Below, piece after piece: positions 7,084-15,680 of a stretch of DNA of 64,000 bases (its first letter is position 1; the number at the start of each line of letters is the position of its first letter). The notes beneath the pieces are model-generated. The model was not told the origin of the DNA. It did not search any database and saw only the letters and a program-made list of their open reading frames with translations. The DNA is from a virus: the IMG/VR virus record IMGVR_UViG_3300022918_000011, positions 18,689-82,688 of that record; one strand, given 5' to 3'. Both the position numbers and the translations under genes were made by a program.

Positions 7084-9042
7084 ATGCAGCAGTCGTCTCC
7101 GTACCACTATCCAGAACCCGCCAACTACCGCTGGAAAGGCGGCTTGATCATCGACAACTTCGCAGGCGGTGGCGGTGCCAGCACCGGCATCTCTCAGGCC
7201 ATCGGCCGCAGCCCCGACATCGCGGTCAATCACAACGTTGAAGCGTTGATGATGCACGAAGAGAACCACCCTACCACCCGCCATTACAACGAGTCTGTGT
7301 GGGACATCGACATCCGCAAGGCTACCGGCGGTGCGCCGGTGTTGATGGGTTGGTTCAGCCCAGATTGCACCCACTTCTCCGTCGCCAAAGGCGGCAAGCC
7401 GGTGAAGAAGGCCATCCGTGGCTTGGCCTGGATCGTCAAGAAGTGGTACGGGCAGAGCGACATGGCCATCCTGAAGATGGAAAACGTCGTCGAGTTCATG
7501 ACGTGGGGTCCACTGATTGCCAAGCGCTGCAAGGTGACCAAGCGCGTCATCAAGCTGGTGCCGGACGGCAAGGACAAGAAGGGCGAGGACAAATTCAAAG
7601 AGGTGGTCTGCGAGCCAGGCGAGTACGTTGCCTACCGCGATCAGGCTCTGGTACCGGACAAGAAGCGCGCCGGCAAAACCTTCCGCCAGTTCGTCAAACA
7701 GATGCGCGAAGCCGGTTACGCAGTCGAGTGGACTGTCAAAGGTATGGTAGCCAGCGACTTCGGCGATCCAACCACCCGCAAACGCTTCTTCCTGATGGCC
7801 CGTAAGGACGGGCTGCCAATCACCTGGCCTGCAGCTACCCATGGCAGCCCGAGGCTGGTGGCTGCCAACCCGGGCAAGTTGCAGCCGTGGAAGACGGCCG
7901 GCGACAACCTGGACTGGTCCATCCCATGCCCATCGATCTTCAATCGCAAGAAGCCGTTGGCTGACAACACGCTGCGCCGCATCTTCAAGGGCATCGAGAA
8001 GTTCGTCATCGGCGCCGGCGACAACGCCTTCCTCGTGAAGACGAACCACGGTGGCAACGAGTTCCGTGGCCAGTCAGCTGACGAGCCGCTGCAAACCATC
8101 ACCAGCAAGTTGGGTACCGGGGTGGCAGCTGTGTCGCTCACCAAGTTCAACGAGAACAGCATCGGCCAAGCCGCTGACCAGCCGCTGGACACTGTGATGG
8201 CGGGTGCTACACGGTTCGGCGCCGTACAGGCTGAGCTGCAGGTCGTGAAGGATCTGGATCAAGCCATGCATGCAGGCTTCATCGCCACCATCGATCACAC
8301 CTCCAACAAAAACCCGGCCACCGGCATGGACGAGCCGATTCCAACGGTGACATCCAAGGCGCGGCACATCCACGTTGCAGCGCTGCTCAAGCATTACACC
8401 GGTGTCGTGGGCCAGACTCTGGACAAGCCGCTGCCAACCATCACGGCAACCGATCACAATTCTGTGCTTGAGGTGACGGCGATGCATGTTCAGCGTGACT
8501 TCGGCGCCAGCATCGGCAGCCGGTTGTGCGAACCGCTCGGCGCTATCACGGCGGGTGGCGGTGGCCATGCAGCCATCATCGCTTCGTCTCTGGTGAAGCT
8601 GAAGGGCAGCTGCAACCACGGCCAGGCGTTGGACCGGCCGATCGATACCATCGCTGCCCAAGGCAACCACTACGCAGCGGTGCAGACCTTCCTTGAGGAA
8701 CAGTCGTTCCTTGTGAAGTTCTACGGCACCGGCGGCGCGGTGACTTGCGAGGCCCCACTGGACACAATCACCTCGAAGGGGCGGTTCGGTCTGGTCACCA
8801 TCCAAGGCATTGATTATCAGATCGTCGACATCGGCATGCGAATGCTGGAGCCGCACGAGCTGTTCAGCTGCCAAGGGTTCCCGGCCGACTACCGCCACGA
8901 GGTGGTGATGGGCAAGAAACTTCCGAAGCATGCACAGGTTCGCATGGTTGGCAACTCGGTACCTCCGGGGCTGGCCAGGGCGTTGGTGCAGGCGAACATC
9001 CCCAAGTGGGCACTCGAACGTAAACAGGCAGCAGTAGCATGA
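7084..9042 (+). CDS. DNA (cytosine-5)-methyltransferase, long phage type
   Basis: Motif I FAGGGG, motif IV SPDCTHFS, motif VI ENV, motif VIII RKRFF, motif X GNSV; AAGGAG RBS. Confidence 0.93.
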   Translation: MQQSSPYHYPEPANYRWKGGLIIDNFAGGGGASTGISQAIGRSPDIAVNHNVEALMMHEENHPTTRHYNESVWDIDIRKATGGAPVLMGWFSPDCTHFSVAKGGKPVKKAIRGLAWIVKKWYGQSDMAILKMENVVEFMTWGPLIAKRCKVTKRVIKLVPDGKDKKGEDKFKEVVCEPGEYVAYRDQALVPDKKRAGKTFRQFVKQMREAGYAVEWTVKGMVASDFGDPTTRKRFFLMARKDGLPITWPAATHGSPRLVAANPGKLQPWKTAGDNLDWSIPCPSIFNRKKPLADNTLRRIFKGIEKFVIGAGDNAFLVKTNHGGNEFRGQSADEPLQTITSKLGTGVAAVSLTKFNENSIGQAADQPLDTVMAGATRFGAVQAELQVVKDLDQAMHAGFIATIDHTSNKNPATGMDEPIPTVTSKARHIHVAALLKHYTGVVGQTLDKPLPTITATDHNSVLEVTAMHVQRDFGASIGSRLCEPLGAITAGGGGHAAIIASSLVKLKGSCNHGQALDRPIDTIAAQGNHYAAVQTFLEEQSFLVKFYGTGGAVTCEAPLDTITSKGRFGLVTIQGIDYQIVDIGMRMLEPHELFSCQGFPADYRHEVVMGKKLPKHAQVRMVGNSVPPGLARALVQANIPKWALERKQAAVA

Positions 9043-9410
9043 CCAAGCCTATGAGCAAACTCCCGTCCATGCCCTTGATCAACCCCAAGGGCAAGAACAA
9101 GCCTCGCAAACCCCGCGTACCAAAGCCTGTGTGGACCGTCACCGCCGACTACTGTGACGGTGCCCTGACCGGCTACAACATGGCCTTTGAATCCGAGCGC
9201 ACCGCGCGCATCACCGCTGACTGGCTGCACTCCTCCAGCGGTACGATGAACGTCAAGATCGAAGGCCCAGGCTACAAGGGTCAGATCCACGACGCTACCG
9301 AGGCTGACCGCGAGGTTGGCTACGCGCTGGCAGAAATCCTTGAGCACCGCGCTGTAGGCCCGGTTGCGAAGTACCTCATCAACGAATGGATGGACAGCAA
9401 GGCGTGGTAA
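9039..9410 (+). CDS. hypothetical protein
   Basis: ATGA overlap with MTase. Confidence 0.7.
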   Translation: MTKPMSKLPSMPLINPKGKNKPRKPRVPKPVWTVTADYCDGALTGYNMAFESERTARITADWLHSSSGTMNVKIEGPGYKGQIHDATEADREVGYALAEILEHRAVGPVAKYLINEWMDSKAW

Positions 9411-9426
9411 CGCGCCGGGAGCTCAC

Positions 9427-9960
9427 ATGATCCTGTCAGAAAAATCGCTGCGCCCCTGGGCTTTGCCGGAAGGCTCCAAGTGTTGCGTGTGTGGTGCCGA
9501 GAACGACTCTCGGTTCTACTACGACCCGCCGGCGCGAAAGTTCTACTGCAGCAGCCACACGTTGCTGGAAGATCTGGACCCGCTGAACAAGCGCAACGCC
9601 AGCATGTTGTTCGGCTGCCCGGTCAGCCGACTGACCGTGTTCCCCGAGCTGGAGAACATCCGCGACCTGCTGGTGCCGATCACGGCGCCCAAGCGGGGCG
9701 AGCCGAACTTCTACTGCCGCAGCGATATGTTCCCCAACCTGCGGGTCATGCCGACGCCGGCGTTGACAGCCTGGGTGTACAACAACATGTTGTATCCCCG
9801 GCTGACGCCGGACAAATACTTCTTCGACCTGCACATCCGTGAGTACGGCGGTGTGGATCTGGCGTGGTTGTCCCTCCGGTACCAAGAAATTCTCGGCACT
9901 CGCTACCTCGCGGTGGTGACCCGAGCCAACGTTGAAAAGATCTTTGGAGCAGTAAAATGA
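9427..9960 (+). CDS. hypothetical protein with putative Zn-binding N-terminus
   Basis: GGGAG RBS; CCVC...FYCSSH. Confidence 0.7.
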   Translation: MILSEKSLRPWALPEGSKCCVCGAENDSRFYYDPPARKFYCSSHTLLEDLDPLNKRNASMLFGCPVSRLTVFPELENIRDLLVPITAPKRGEPNFYCRSDMFPNLRVMPTPALTAWVYNNMLYPRLTPDKYFFDLHIREYGGVDLAWLSLRYQEILGTRYLAVVTRANVEKIFGAVK

Positions 9961-10388
9961 CAGACGTAGTTCAGGTCCGCACGAAGGACGGTATCAAAGA
10001 AATCCCTTGCCTGGGTCGCTGGAAGAAGACCATTGACGGCGAAGAGTTTGAGTTCGCTCTGCATGTCGCGCCGACCAAACTCGTCGGGCAGCGCCCGCTG
10101 TTGTTCAGCGAAGTGTCCACCGGGCACAGCGCCCAGATCGCGGTACGTCACCCGTCAATCCACTCGCTGCTGACCGAAGCCCACCTGCGCCAAGGTCATG
10201 AGCACTACTGCACCGCGCGAAAAGTGAACCGCGCGGCAGCAGCTGCGCTGCACAACGGCATCAAGTCTATGGACGGCGAGTCGTTCCGCGCAGCTGTGGG
10301 TGTTGCGCTGATGGCCATCGCCAACAAGGAACGCGCTAATGTCCTTGAGAACGGTGCCAAGCCCGCAGTTGTAGAGGAGAAGGTCTGA
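9957..10388 (+). CDS. hypothetical protein
   Basis: GGAG RBS, ATGA overlap. Confidence 0.7.
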   Translation: MTDVVQVRTKDGIKEIPCLGRWKKTIDGEEFEFALHVAPTKLVGQRPLLFSEVSTGHSAQIAVRHPSIHSLLTEAHLRQGHEHYCTARKVNRAAAAALHNGIKSMDGESFRAAVGVALMAIANKERANVLENGAKPAVVEEKV

Positions 10389-10699
10389 TGCAGGTCATCT
10401 TCAACGGTCAGATCCTGAGCCAGGCACACCTCGACCTGCTGGTCCCGCTGCTCAACGAAGGCATGAGCGAGAAGAAACTTCGCAAGTGCATGGGGGAGGT
10501 CTTCGAAGCTGCGGGCATCCCGGTGCCGCAGCTGAAGATCGGCGACCTGGTGCATTGGCAGGGACTGGAGGAGCGCATGGACAAGGGCGTGATCCTCGGC
10601 ATCGAGAGCCGCGGCGACAAGCTGCGTGTTCAATCCAAACAGCGTGGCCGTGCGGTCACAATCGGTCAGCGCGATGCGCGGGTGGTGGCAGATGCCTAA
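10388..10699 (+). CDS. hypothetical protein (SH3/KOW-like C-terminus)
   Basis: TGATG overlap; LKIGDLVHW...GVILGI. Confidence 0.65.
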   Translation: MQVIFNGQILSQAHLDLLVPLLNEGMSEKKLRKCMGEVFEAAGIPVPQLKIGDLVHWQGLEERMDKGVILGIESRGDKLRVQSKQRGRAVTIGQRDARVVADA

Positions 10700-11021
10700 G
10701 TCGGTTATTACCAGCATCACCTTCTCCTCGGCACCGGCGCGGCGCAAGCCGCAAGCCGGCGACCTGAAGACCCTGAAGAGGGACGGCAAGACCTACATCC
10801 GGCAGCAACAACGCTGCTACCACGGCCCAGGCCGCGGCGCCATGGTGGTCAGCAACGGCCGCCCGGTATGGGAGTGGGTTGAACAGGGCAGCTCGCAAGA
10901 CCGTGTCGCTGTTTACGCGAAGCAGCTGGCCTGCCCACACGAAACGTGGCTGGGTCACAGCGGTACCGGCCGGATCTTCTGTGCAGCCTGCAACAAGGAG
11001 CGCACCGATGCTGAAGCTTGA
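10692..11021 (+). CDS. hypothetical protein
   Basis: ATG 10692 (MPKSVITS...), C-terminal CPH...FCAAC. Confidence 0.65.
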   Translation: MPKSVITSITFSSAPARRKPQAGDLKTLKRDGKTYIRQQQRCYHGPGRGAMVVSNGRPVWEWVEQGSSQDRVAVYAKQLACPHETWLGHSGTGRIFCAACNKERTDAEA

Positions 11022-11412
11022 GCAAGTAAAAGCCCTCGTCGCCGAGGGCGTCGGGGTCTTCCGGATCCTTAGCACCTATCCGGTGCGGGAGCAGGACGGG
11101 GTTCTCCGCTGGGGCCACCTCGACGACAAGGTGTTGACCGATGTCGACACCAAGTATTTCCGAGAGGCGGATTACGAGGTGGCAGCCGCTACCAATAACC
11201 CCCCTGCACTCTTCCGCAGCGTAGGCGACCCCCGCATGTTCGCTAACGGTTGCTACGTGGTGAAGTTCGGAGGCAAAGGCATCTGGACTACCTACGTCAT
11301 CGTTCGCTACGCCCATCCCATCGACGCAGGTCAAGCCACTGAGATGGCCATCGATCACCTGGTTCAGGCCGGGTGGACCGAAGTCGAAGCCCAACCACTG
11401 CTCGTTATCTGA
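11008..11412 (+). CDS. hypothetical protein
   Basis: AAGGAG RBS before ATG 11008. Confidence 0.7.
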   Translation: MLKLEQVKALVAEGVGVFRILSTYPVREQDGVLRWGHLDDKVLTDVDTKYFREADYEVAAATNNPPALFRSVGDPRMFANGCYVVKFGGKGIWTTYVIVRYAHPIDAGQATEMAIDHLVQAGWTEVEAQPLLVI

Positions 11413-11420
11413 GGTGAATC

Positions 11421-11807
11421 ATGACCACGCTTTCCAGCCTCATCGGCATCATCGGCAACGACAAGATCAAATTCCAGACGCTGGACGCCAGCATCTCTGG
11501 GTTCAATAACCCCAGGAGCGGCGGCTCGCGCATCACTTTTGATACTGAAAGCCCCTGCGGTGTGGGACCTGGCATGACGCCCCGCACCGAAAGTATGGGC
11601 CTGATCCTCTGGCTGGACCGGGAGGAGGTGGCGAGGATCAACGCGCTGCCTCGTGGAGACGAGCTCGGGGCGCACGTCGACGAGCTGCGAACCCTGCGCG
11701 CTGCCTTACAGGACTGTATCAAGGCCGGTGCATCGATCCCGCTGCTCAGCGTTAGCCAGATGCAAGACCATCTGGATAGCCTGGACGTGTTCTTCGAGGA
11801 CGAATGA
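11421..11807 (+). CDS. hypothetical protein
   Basis: GAGGT RBS. Confidence 0.7.
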   Translation: MTTLSSLIGIIGNDKIKFQTLDASISGFNNPRSGGSRITFDTESPCGVGPGMTPRTESMGLILWLDREEVARINALPRGDELGAHVDELRTLRAALQDCIKAGASIPLLSVSQMQDHLDSLDVFFEDE

Positions 11808-11989
11808 TGGCGACAGTCAAGAAGCTGCGCCGTATGGACGGCGGATGGCGGGTGCATTGGCTGACAGCAACGGGCTGGGTGTTGGGCAAAAAGCTCGCCA
11901 CCCGGCAGCTGGCCACTGATTACGCCAAGACGTACATGCGCCGAAGCGCTGAGTTCGAGGACTTCAAGGTCCTCCCCGCAGAAAGGTAG
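11804..11989 (+). CDS. hypothetical protein
   Basis: GAGGA RBS, ATGA overlap. Confidence 0.6.
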   Translation: MMATVKKLRRMDGGWRVHWLTATGWVLGKKLATRQLATDYAKTYMRRSAEFEDFKVLPAER

Positions 11990-11994
11990 TTGCC

Positions 11995-12393
11995 GTGGAC
12001 ATCACAGCGTTGATACAGGCTGCACACCCGGAGATGTCCGGGCCGCTGGACGACCTGCTGGACAGGAAACAGAGGCTCGCGATGGACAAGGTCAAGGTTC
12101 AGTTCGCAGCAGACCAGATGGTAACGCTGCAGCAACTGATCCGCCTGGCAAAGCAGGACGACCTGCCCTCGTTGAAACTGAGCGAGGCAGCGTTGGCTAT
12201 GCTGATGGAGAAGTTGACCATCCGCTGCCGCGCTGACGCCATCGAGCAGATCAGCCGGAACATGGGCCGTCCGCTGAGTCTGGTACCGCACTTCGTATGG
12301 GCGGTTGACCTGCACTTCTACCCCAAGCGGGTAGCGGTGCCGAGGTCGCCGAAAGCAATCACCAACATTCGAAAGGACATTCAAAGTGCCTGA
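11995..12393 (+). CDS. hypothetical protein
   Basis: AAGGT RBS, GTG start. Confidence 0.7.
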   Translation: MDITALIQAAHPEMSGPLDDLLDRKQRLAMDKVKVQFAADQMVTLQQLIRLAKQDDLPSLKLSEAALAMLMEKLTIRCRADAIEQISRNMGRPLSLVPHFVWAVDLHFYPKRVAVPRSPKAITNIRKDIQSA

Positions 12394-12826
12394 TGATAAA
12401 GACAACAAGACGCCAACCGGTCGCATTACCGATCCGCGCGCTGCGTTCGCTCTGCCGTATGGCAAGAGCCTGAACGGCATCGGCAAGGTCTATGTAAACG
12501 CGGACTTCTCCGCGATTGAGGAGCGTATCGCGGAGGGACTGATGGGTGCAGCCGCTGGCAGCAACCTGCTGGACCCCTACAAGATCATCGCAGCGGTGAC
12601 CCACATCGTCATGTACAGCGAGGTGACCAAAGAGCAGCGTCAGTGGGCCAAGAGTTACTTCTACCTGAACTTGTACTCCACGGAAGGCTTCAGCCTGCCG
12701 CCGCGCGTCCAACTGTTCGCCATCTACACGACCGAGGAGATCGTGCAGATTCAAATCGATACGAAGTGGCCAGGCACCCTGGACCTCTACGATCACATCG
12801 CCAACTTTTACAAGCCGAAGGTATAA
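12386..12826 (+). CDS. miniature family-A DNA polymerase-like protein (palm/fingers fragment, no motif C)
   Basis: TPTGRIT, ADFSAIEERI (motif A), DPYKIIAA...EVTKEQRQWAK (motif B region) and KWPG in PolA order; AAGGA RBS. Confidence 0.7.
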   Translation: MPDDKDNKTPTGRITDPRAAFALPYGKSLNGIGKVYVNADFSAIEERIAEGLMGAAAGSNLLDPYKIIAAVTHIVMYSEVTKEQRQWAKSYFYLNLYSTEGFSLPPRVQLFAIYTTEEIVQIQIDTKWPGTLDLYDHIANFYKPKV

Positions 12827-12828
12827 CC

Positions 12829-13605
12829 ATGCAGTTGAACAAGAAGCTCAAAGAAGAAATCATCCTCAAGCTGGTCGGCAAGGCCACCAAGAAGCACGCT
12901 CAGGCCATGAGTAAGGCAGCGGCATCGCTGAACCTGCTGTGGCGCCAGGCGGTGATCAAGCACGCCCAGCAAGCCATCCCGGAGCTGCCGCAGGAACGGT
13001 GGGCAGACTTGATCCAGTCGCAGACCTTCAAGGGTTTCGGCAGCCTGTCTGTGAGCACGGTAGCGCCCGCGCCACTGAAGGGTCAGGACAACCGCACGGT
13101 CACCAACGACATTGGCGACGCTGGTCGGCGCATCCAGTGGGAGCGGGCCGCCACTGAGAAGTATCAGTCGATCAAGGTCACGATGGCTGACAACGGTTGG
13201 AGCGGGTTCTTCAGCGTGTGCGGCGTTATGTGCCGGGACCATTTCCTGAACGTCGGCTGGCCGCTGCCCTTCCATGACCTGCCTGCGTTTAGCTGGATGT
13301 CGGTAGTCGACCTCACCGGCAAGTCTACAGGTCCGGCAGCGGCCTGGTCTCTGGACACCGCACCGCTGGCAGAACAGGCAAACGCCCTGACCGCCAAGTT
13401 CCAGAAGGTGCTGGTGGAAGCCGCCGAGTTCTACGACTCCCTGCAGATCATCATGGCGTCGATCAACACCGATACCCAGTTGATCGATCAGTTCCCCGAG
13501 GCTGCCAAGTTCCTGCCGGAGCAAGCGCCGAAACGCAATCAGCTAGCACCTACTGAACTGATTGCCAAAGCCCGCCAGATGCTTGAGACAGGCATCCCTA
13601 ACTGA
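12829..13605 (+). CDS. Nmad5-like (nucleotide-modification-associated domain 5) protein
   Basis: N-terminal MQLNKKLKEEII and C-terminal INTDTQLIDQFPEAAKFLP resemble the Nmad5 ends (T..L...WPE...LP). Confidence 0.6.
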   Translation: MQLNKKLKEEIILKLVGKATKKHAQAMSKAAASLNLLWRQAVIKHAQQAIPELPQERWADLIQSQTFKGFGSLSVSTVAPAPLKGQDNRTVTNDIGDAGRRIQWERAATEKYQSIKVTMADNGWSGFFSVCGVMCRDHFLNVGWPLPFHDLPAFSWMSVVDLTGKSTGPAAAWSLDTAPLAEQANALTAKFQKVLVEAAEFYDSLQIIMASINTDTQLIDQFPEAAKFLPEQAPKRNQLAPTELIAKARQMLETGIPN

Positions 13606-13615
13606 GTAGTACCCA

Positions 13616-13933
13616 ATGCAAAAGCTACGAGCCCAACTGCGACTCATCTCCACCGAAAGGGGTGACTACGGTACACCCGAGGATCGAGGGCTGTTCATCG
13701 ACAACTTCGTTGACGCCCTCGAAGAACTGCTCACGCCAAGAGCCATCGCCACGTTCACTGCGGACGAGATCCGCCATGTGCTGCTGGCCTACGCTCAGGA
13801 GAACCTGAACTCACCCACCCCGATCACCATCGAACAGAGCATCATGTCCCGGTTCGCTGTCTTGTTCTTCAACAGCCCGCGTCGCGAGGTTGTCCTGCCG
13901 TTGCCACCGAGCAACGTTGTAAGCCTGCATTAA
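13616..13933 (+). CDS. hypothetical protein
   Basis: ORF packed after the Nmad5-like gene. Confidence 0.7.
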   Translation: MQKLRAQLRLISTERGDYGTPEDRGLFIDNFVDALEELLTPRAIATFTADEIRHVLLAYAQENLNSPTPITIEQSIMSRFAVLFFNSPRREVVLPLPPSNVVSLH

Positions 13934-13942
13934 CACTTCCGC

Positions 13943-13971
13943 TTGACCGCATGGCGGCCACCCCATAGGAT
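13943..13971 (+). promoter_or_regulatory. sigma70-like promoter TTGACC-N17-TAGGAT
   Basis: Canonical spacing upstream of the helicase; overlapped by inverted repeat GGCGGCCA...TGGCCGCC. Confidence 0.6.
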
Positions 13972-14011
13972 GGCCGCCTGTATAAACTGTATAACATTAT
14001 AAGGTGACCAC

Positions 14012-15349
14012 ATGGGACTCAATGTTGGTCAACAGGCAGCTGTTGACGAAACTCTGCATGAGATCTTTGAAGGTGAGTACAGCCCGAACCAAGGGCATAC
14101 GATCATCGGCGAAGGCGGTACTGGCAAGACGTTTTGTGTGACAGAGATCGCTCGTGTGGTGATCGAGGCAGGGCACAGCGTGCTGTTCGCAGCGCCCACC
14201 CACAAAGCCCTCAAGCAAATTCAGCGGTCGTGCCGTGAGAACGGTTTGATCAGCAACAACATCGGCTTCGCCACCATCTACAGCGCCCTGGGCCTGGGGA
14301 TGATGCCGGCGGATGAAGACAAGTTCATCACCCCGTTCAAGGAAAGCATCATCGGGAACTACGACGTTCTGGTCGTGGACGAGATCTCGATGATGCCCAA
14401 GCTGCTAGTCGAACGTTACCTGCTGCCAGAGCTGGAGCAAACCGGCACCTACCCGCTGTTCATGGGTGACGACATGCAGCTGCCGCCGGTCAAGGAAGCA
14501 AAGGCTGTGGCCTTTGACCTGTTCAAGACCTCGGAGCTGACAGAGAACCAGCGGCAGCTGACCAACGAGGACGGCACGCCGAACGGCATCCTGCAGCTGG
14601 CCCGCGCCATCCGCCCTTGCATCAAGGAGAAGCGCGTCTTCCGGTTCGACTTCACCGTCGAGAACAACGTGACGTGCGTGAAGGACAAGGACTTCCTGTC
14701 CACCATCCTCGACCACTTCACCCTCGACACCGATCTGGAACAGACCCGGGTACTTGCCTGGCGCAACTTCCGGGTCGATGACCTGAACCGCGCGATCCGC
14801 AAGAAGGTGTACGGCCCCGACGCCGCTCGCTTTGAGATCGGCGAGCGGGTCATCACCGGCGGCTCGATCAAGGACGCGAACGACGAGGTCGTGTTGACCA
14901 GTGCCGAAGAGTGCATCGTCATGGCCGAGCGTGAAAGCCAGCTGGTCTACCGCGCCACGAACGAGCCGTGGAAGACCCGCCTGCTGACGCTGCGCCCGTG
15001 CTACGCCGGACAGAAGCAAGTCTTCGCCCATGTGCTGCACGAGGACGAAAAGGAACGCTACAACAACGTGATGGGCAAGCTGAAGAAGAAAGCGCTGGAT
15101 GCCGTGGGCAATGAGCGCGGCCTTTACTGGCGCCGGTTCCACGAGTTCCGCGATGCGTTCGCTGACATCCGCTACTGTTTCTGCATGACCACTCACCTCG
15201 CGCAGGGCAGCACTTACGACACGGTGTTCGTCGATGTGAAGGACATTCTCGAGAACCCGCAGCCGATGGAGCGGCGCAAGCTGATCTACGTTGGCTTCAG
15301 CCGGCCTCGCAAGGAGCTGGTTATCAACAAAACTAGCTTCATCGCTTGA
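14012..15349 (+). CDS. Dda/RecD-like SF1B DNA helicase
   Basis: GEGGTGKT Walker A, APTHKA, VVDEISM, GDDMQLPPV, HLAQGSTY, YVGFSR. Confidence 0.9.
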   Translation: MGLNVGQQAAVDETLHEIFEGEYSPNQGHTIIGEGGTGKTFCVTEIARVVIEAGHSVLFAAPTHKALKQIQRSCRENGLISNNIGFATIYSALGLGMMPADEDKFITPFKESIIGNYDVLVVDEISMMPKLLVERYLLPELEQTGTYPLFMGDDMQLPPVKEAKAVAFDLFKTSELTENQRQLTNEDGTPNGILQLARAIRPCIKEKRVFRFDFTVENNVTCVKDKDFLSTILDHFTLDTDLEQTRVLAWRNFRVDDLNRAIRKKVYGPDAARFEIGERVITGGSIKDANDEVVLTSAEECIVMAERESQLVYRATNEPWKTRLLTLRPCYAGQKQVFAHVLHEDEKERYNNVMGKLKKKALDAVGNERGLYWRRFHEFRDAFADIRYCFCMTTHLAQGSTYDTVFVDVKDILENPQPMERRKLIYVGFSRPRKELVINKTSFIA

Positions 15350-15432
15350 TCGTTGTATGCTGTGATCATTCTCACTGACTTTACACAGGCGCCTCTGGCG
15401 CCTCAAAAGTCGTGCCAAGCCAGGAGTAACAA

Positions 15433-15678
15433 ATGGAACTCGCCAAGCCAGAAGACACGCCGTCTCCTATGCAGATTGACTACGCGCTGATCGCTCGTAA
15501 ATACAACACTGCGGAGCAAGGCGGCTCGGTAAAGATGAAGAAGGTGTACAACATCACCTTGTTCAAGAAGGCCCTATCGCGCCGGGGAGTCCGAGAGAGC
15601 ATCGACTTTCAGGCATTCAACCAAGACGGTTTCACCTACGTCAAACGGATCTCCGCGCTGCGCATGACTGAGGTGTAG
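15433..15678 (+). CDS. hypothetical protein
   Basis: AGGAG RBS. Confidence 0.7.
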   Translation: MELAKPEDTPSPMQIDYALIARKYNTAEQGGSVKMKKVYNITLFKKALSRRGVRESIDFQAFNQDGFTYVKRISALRMTEV

Positions 15679-15680
15679 GT

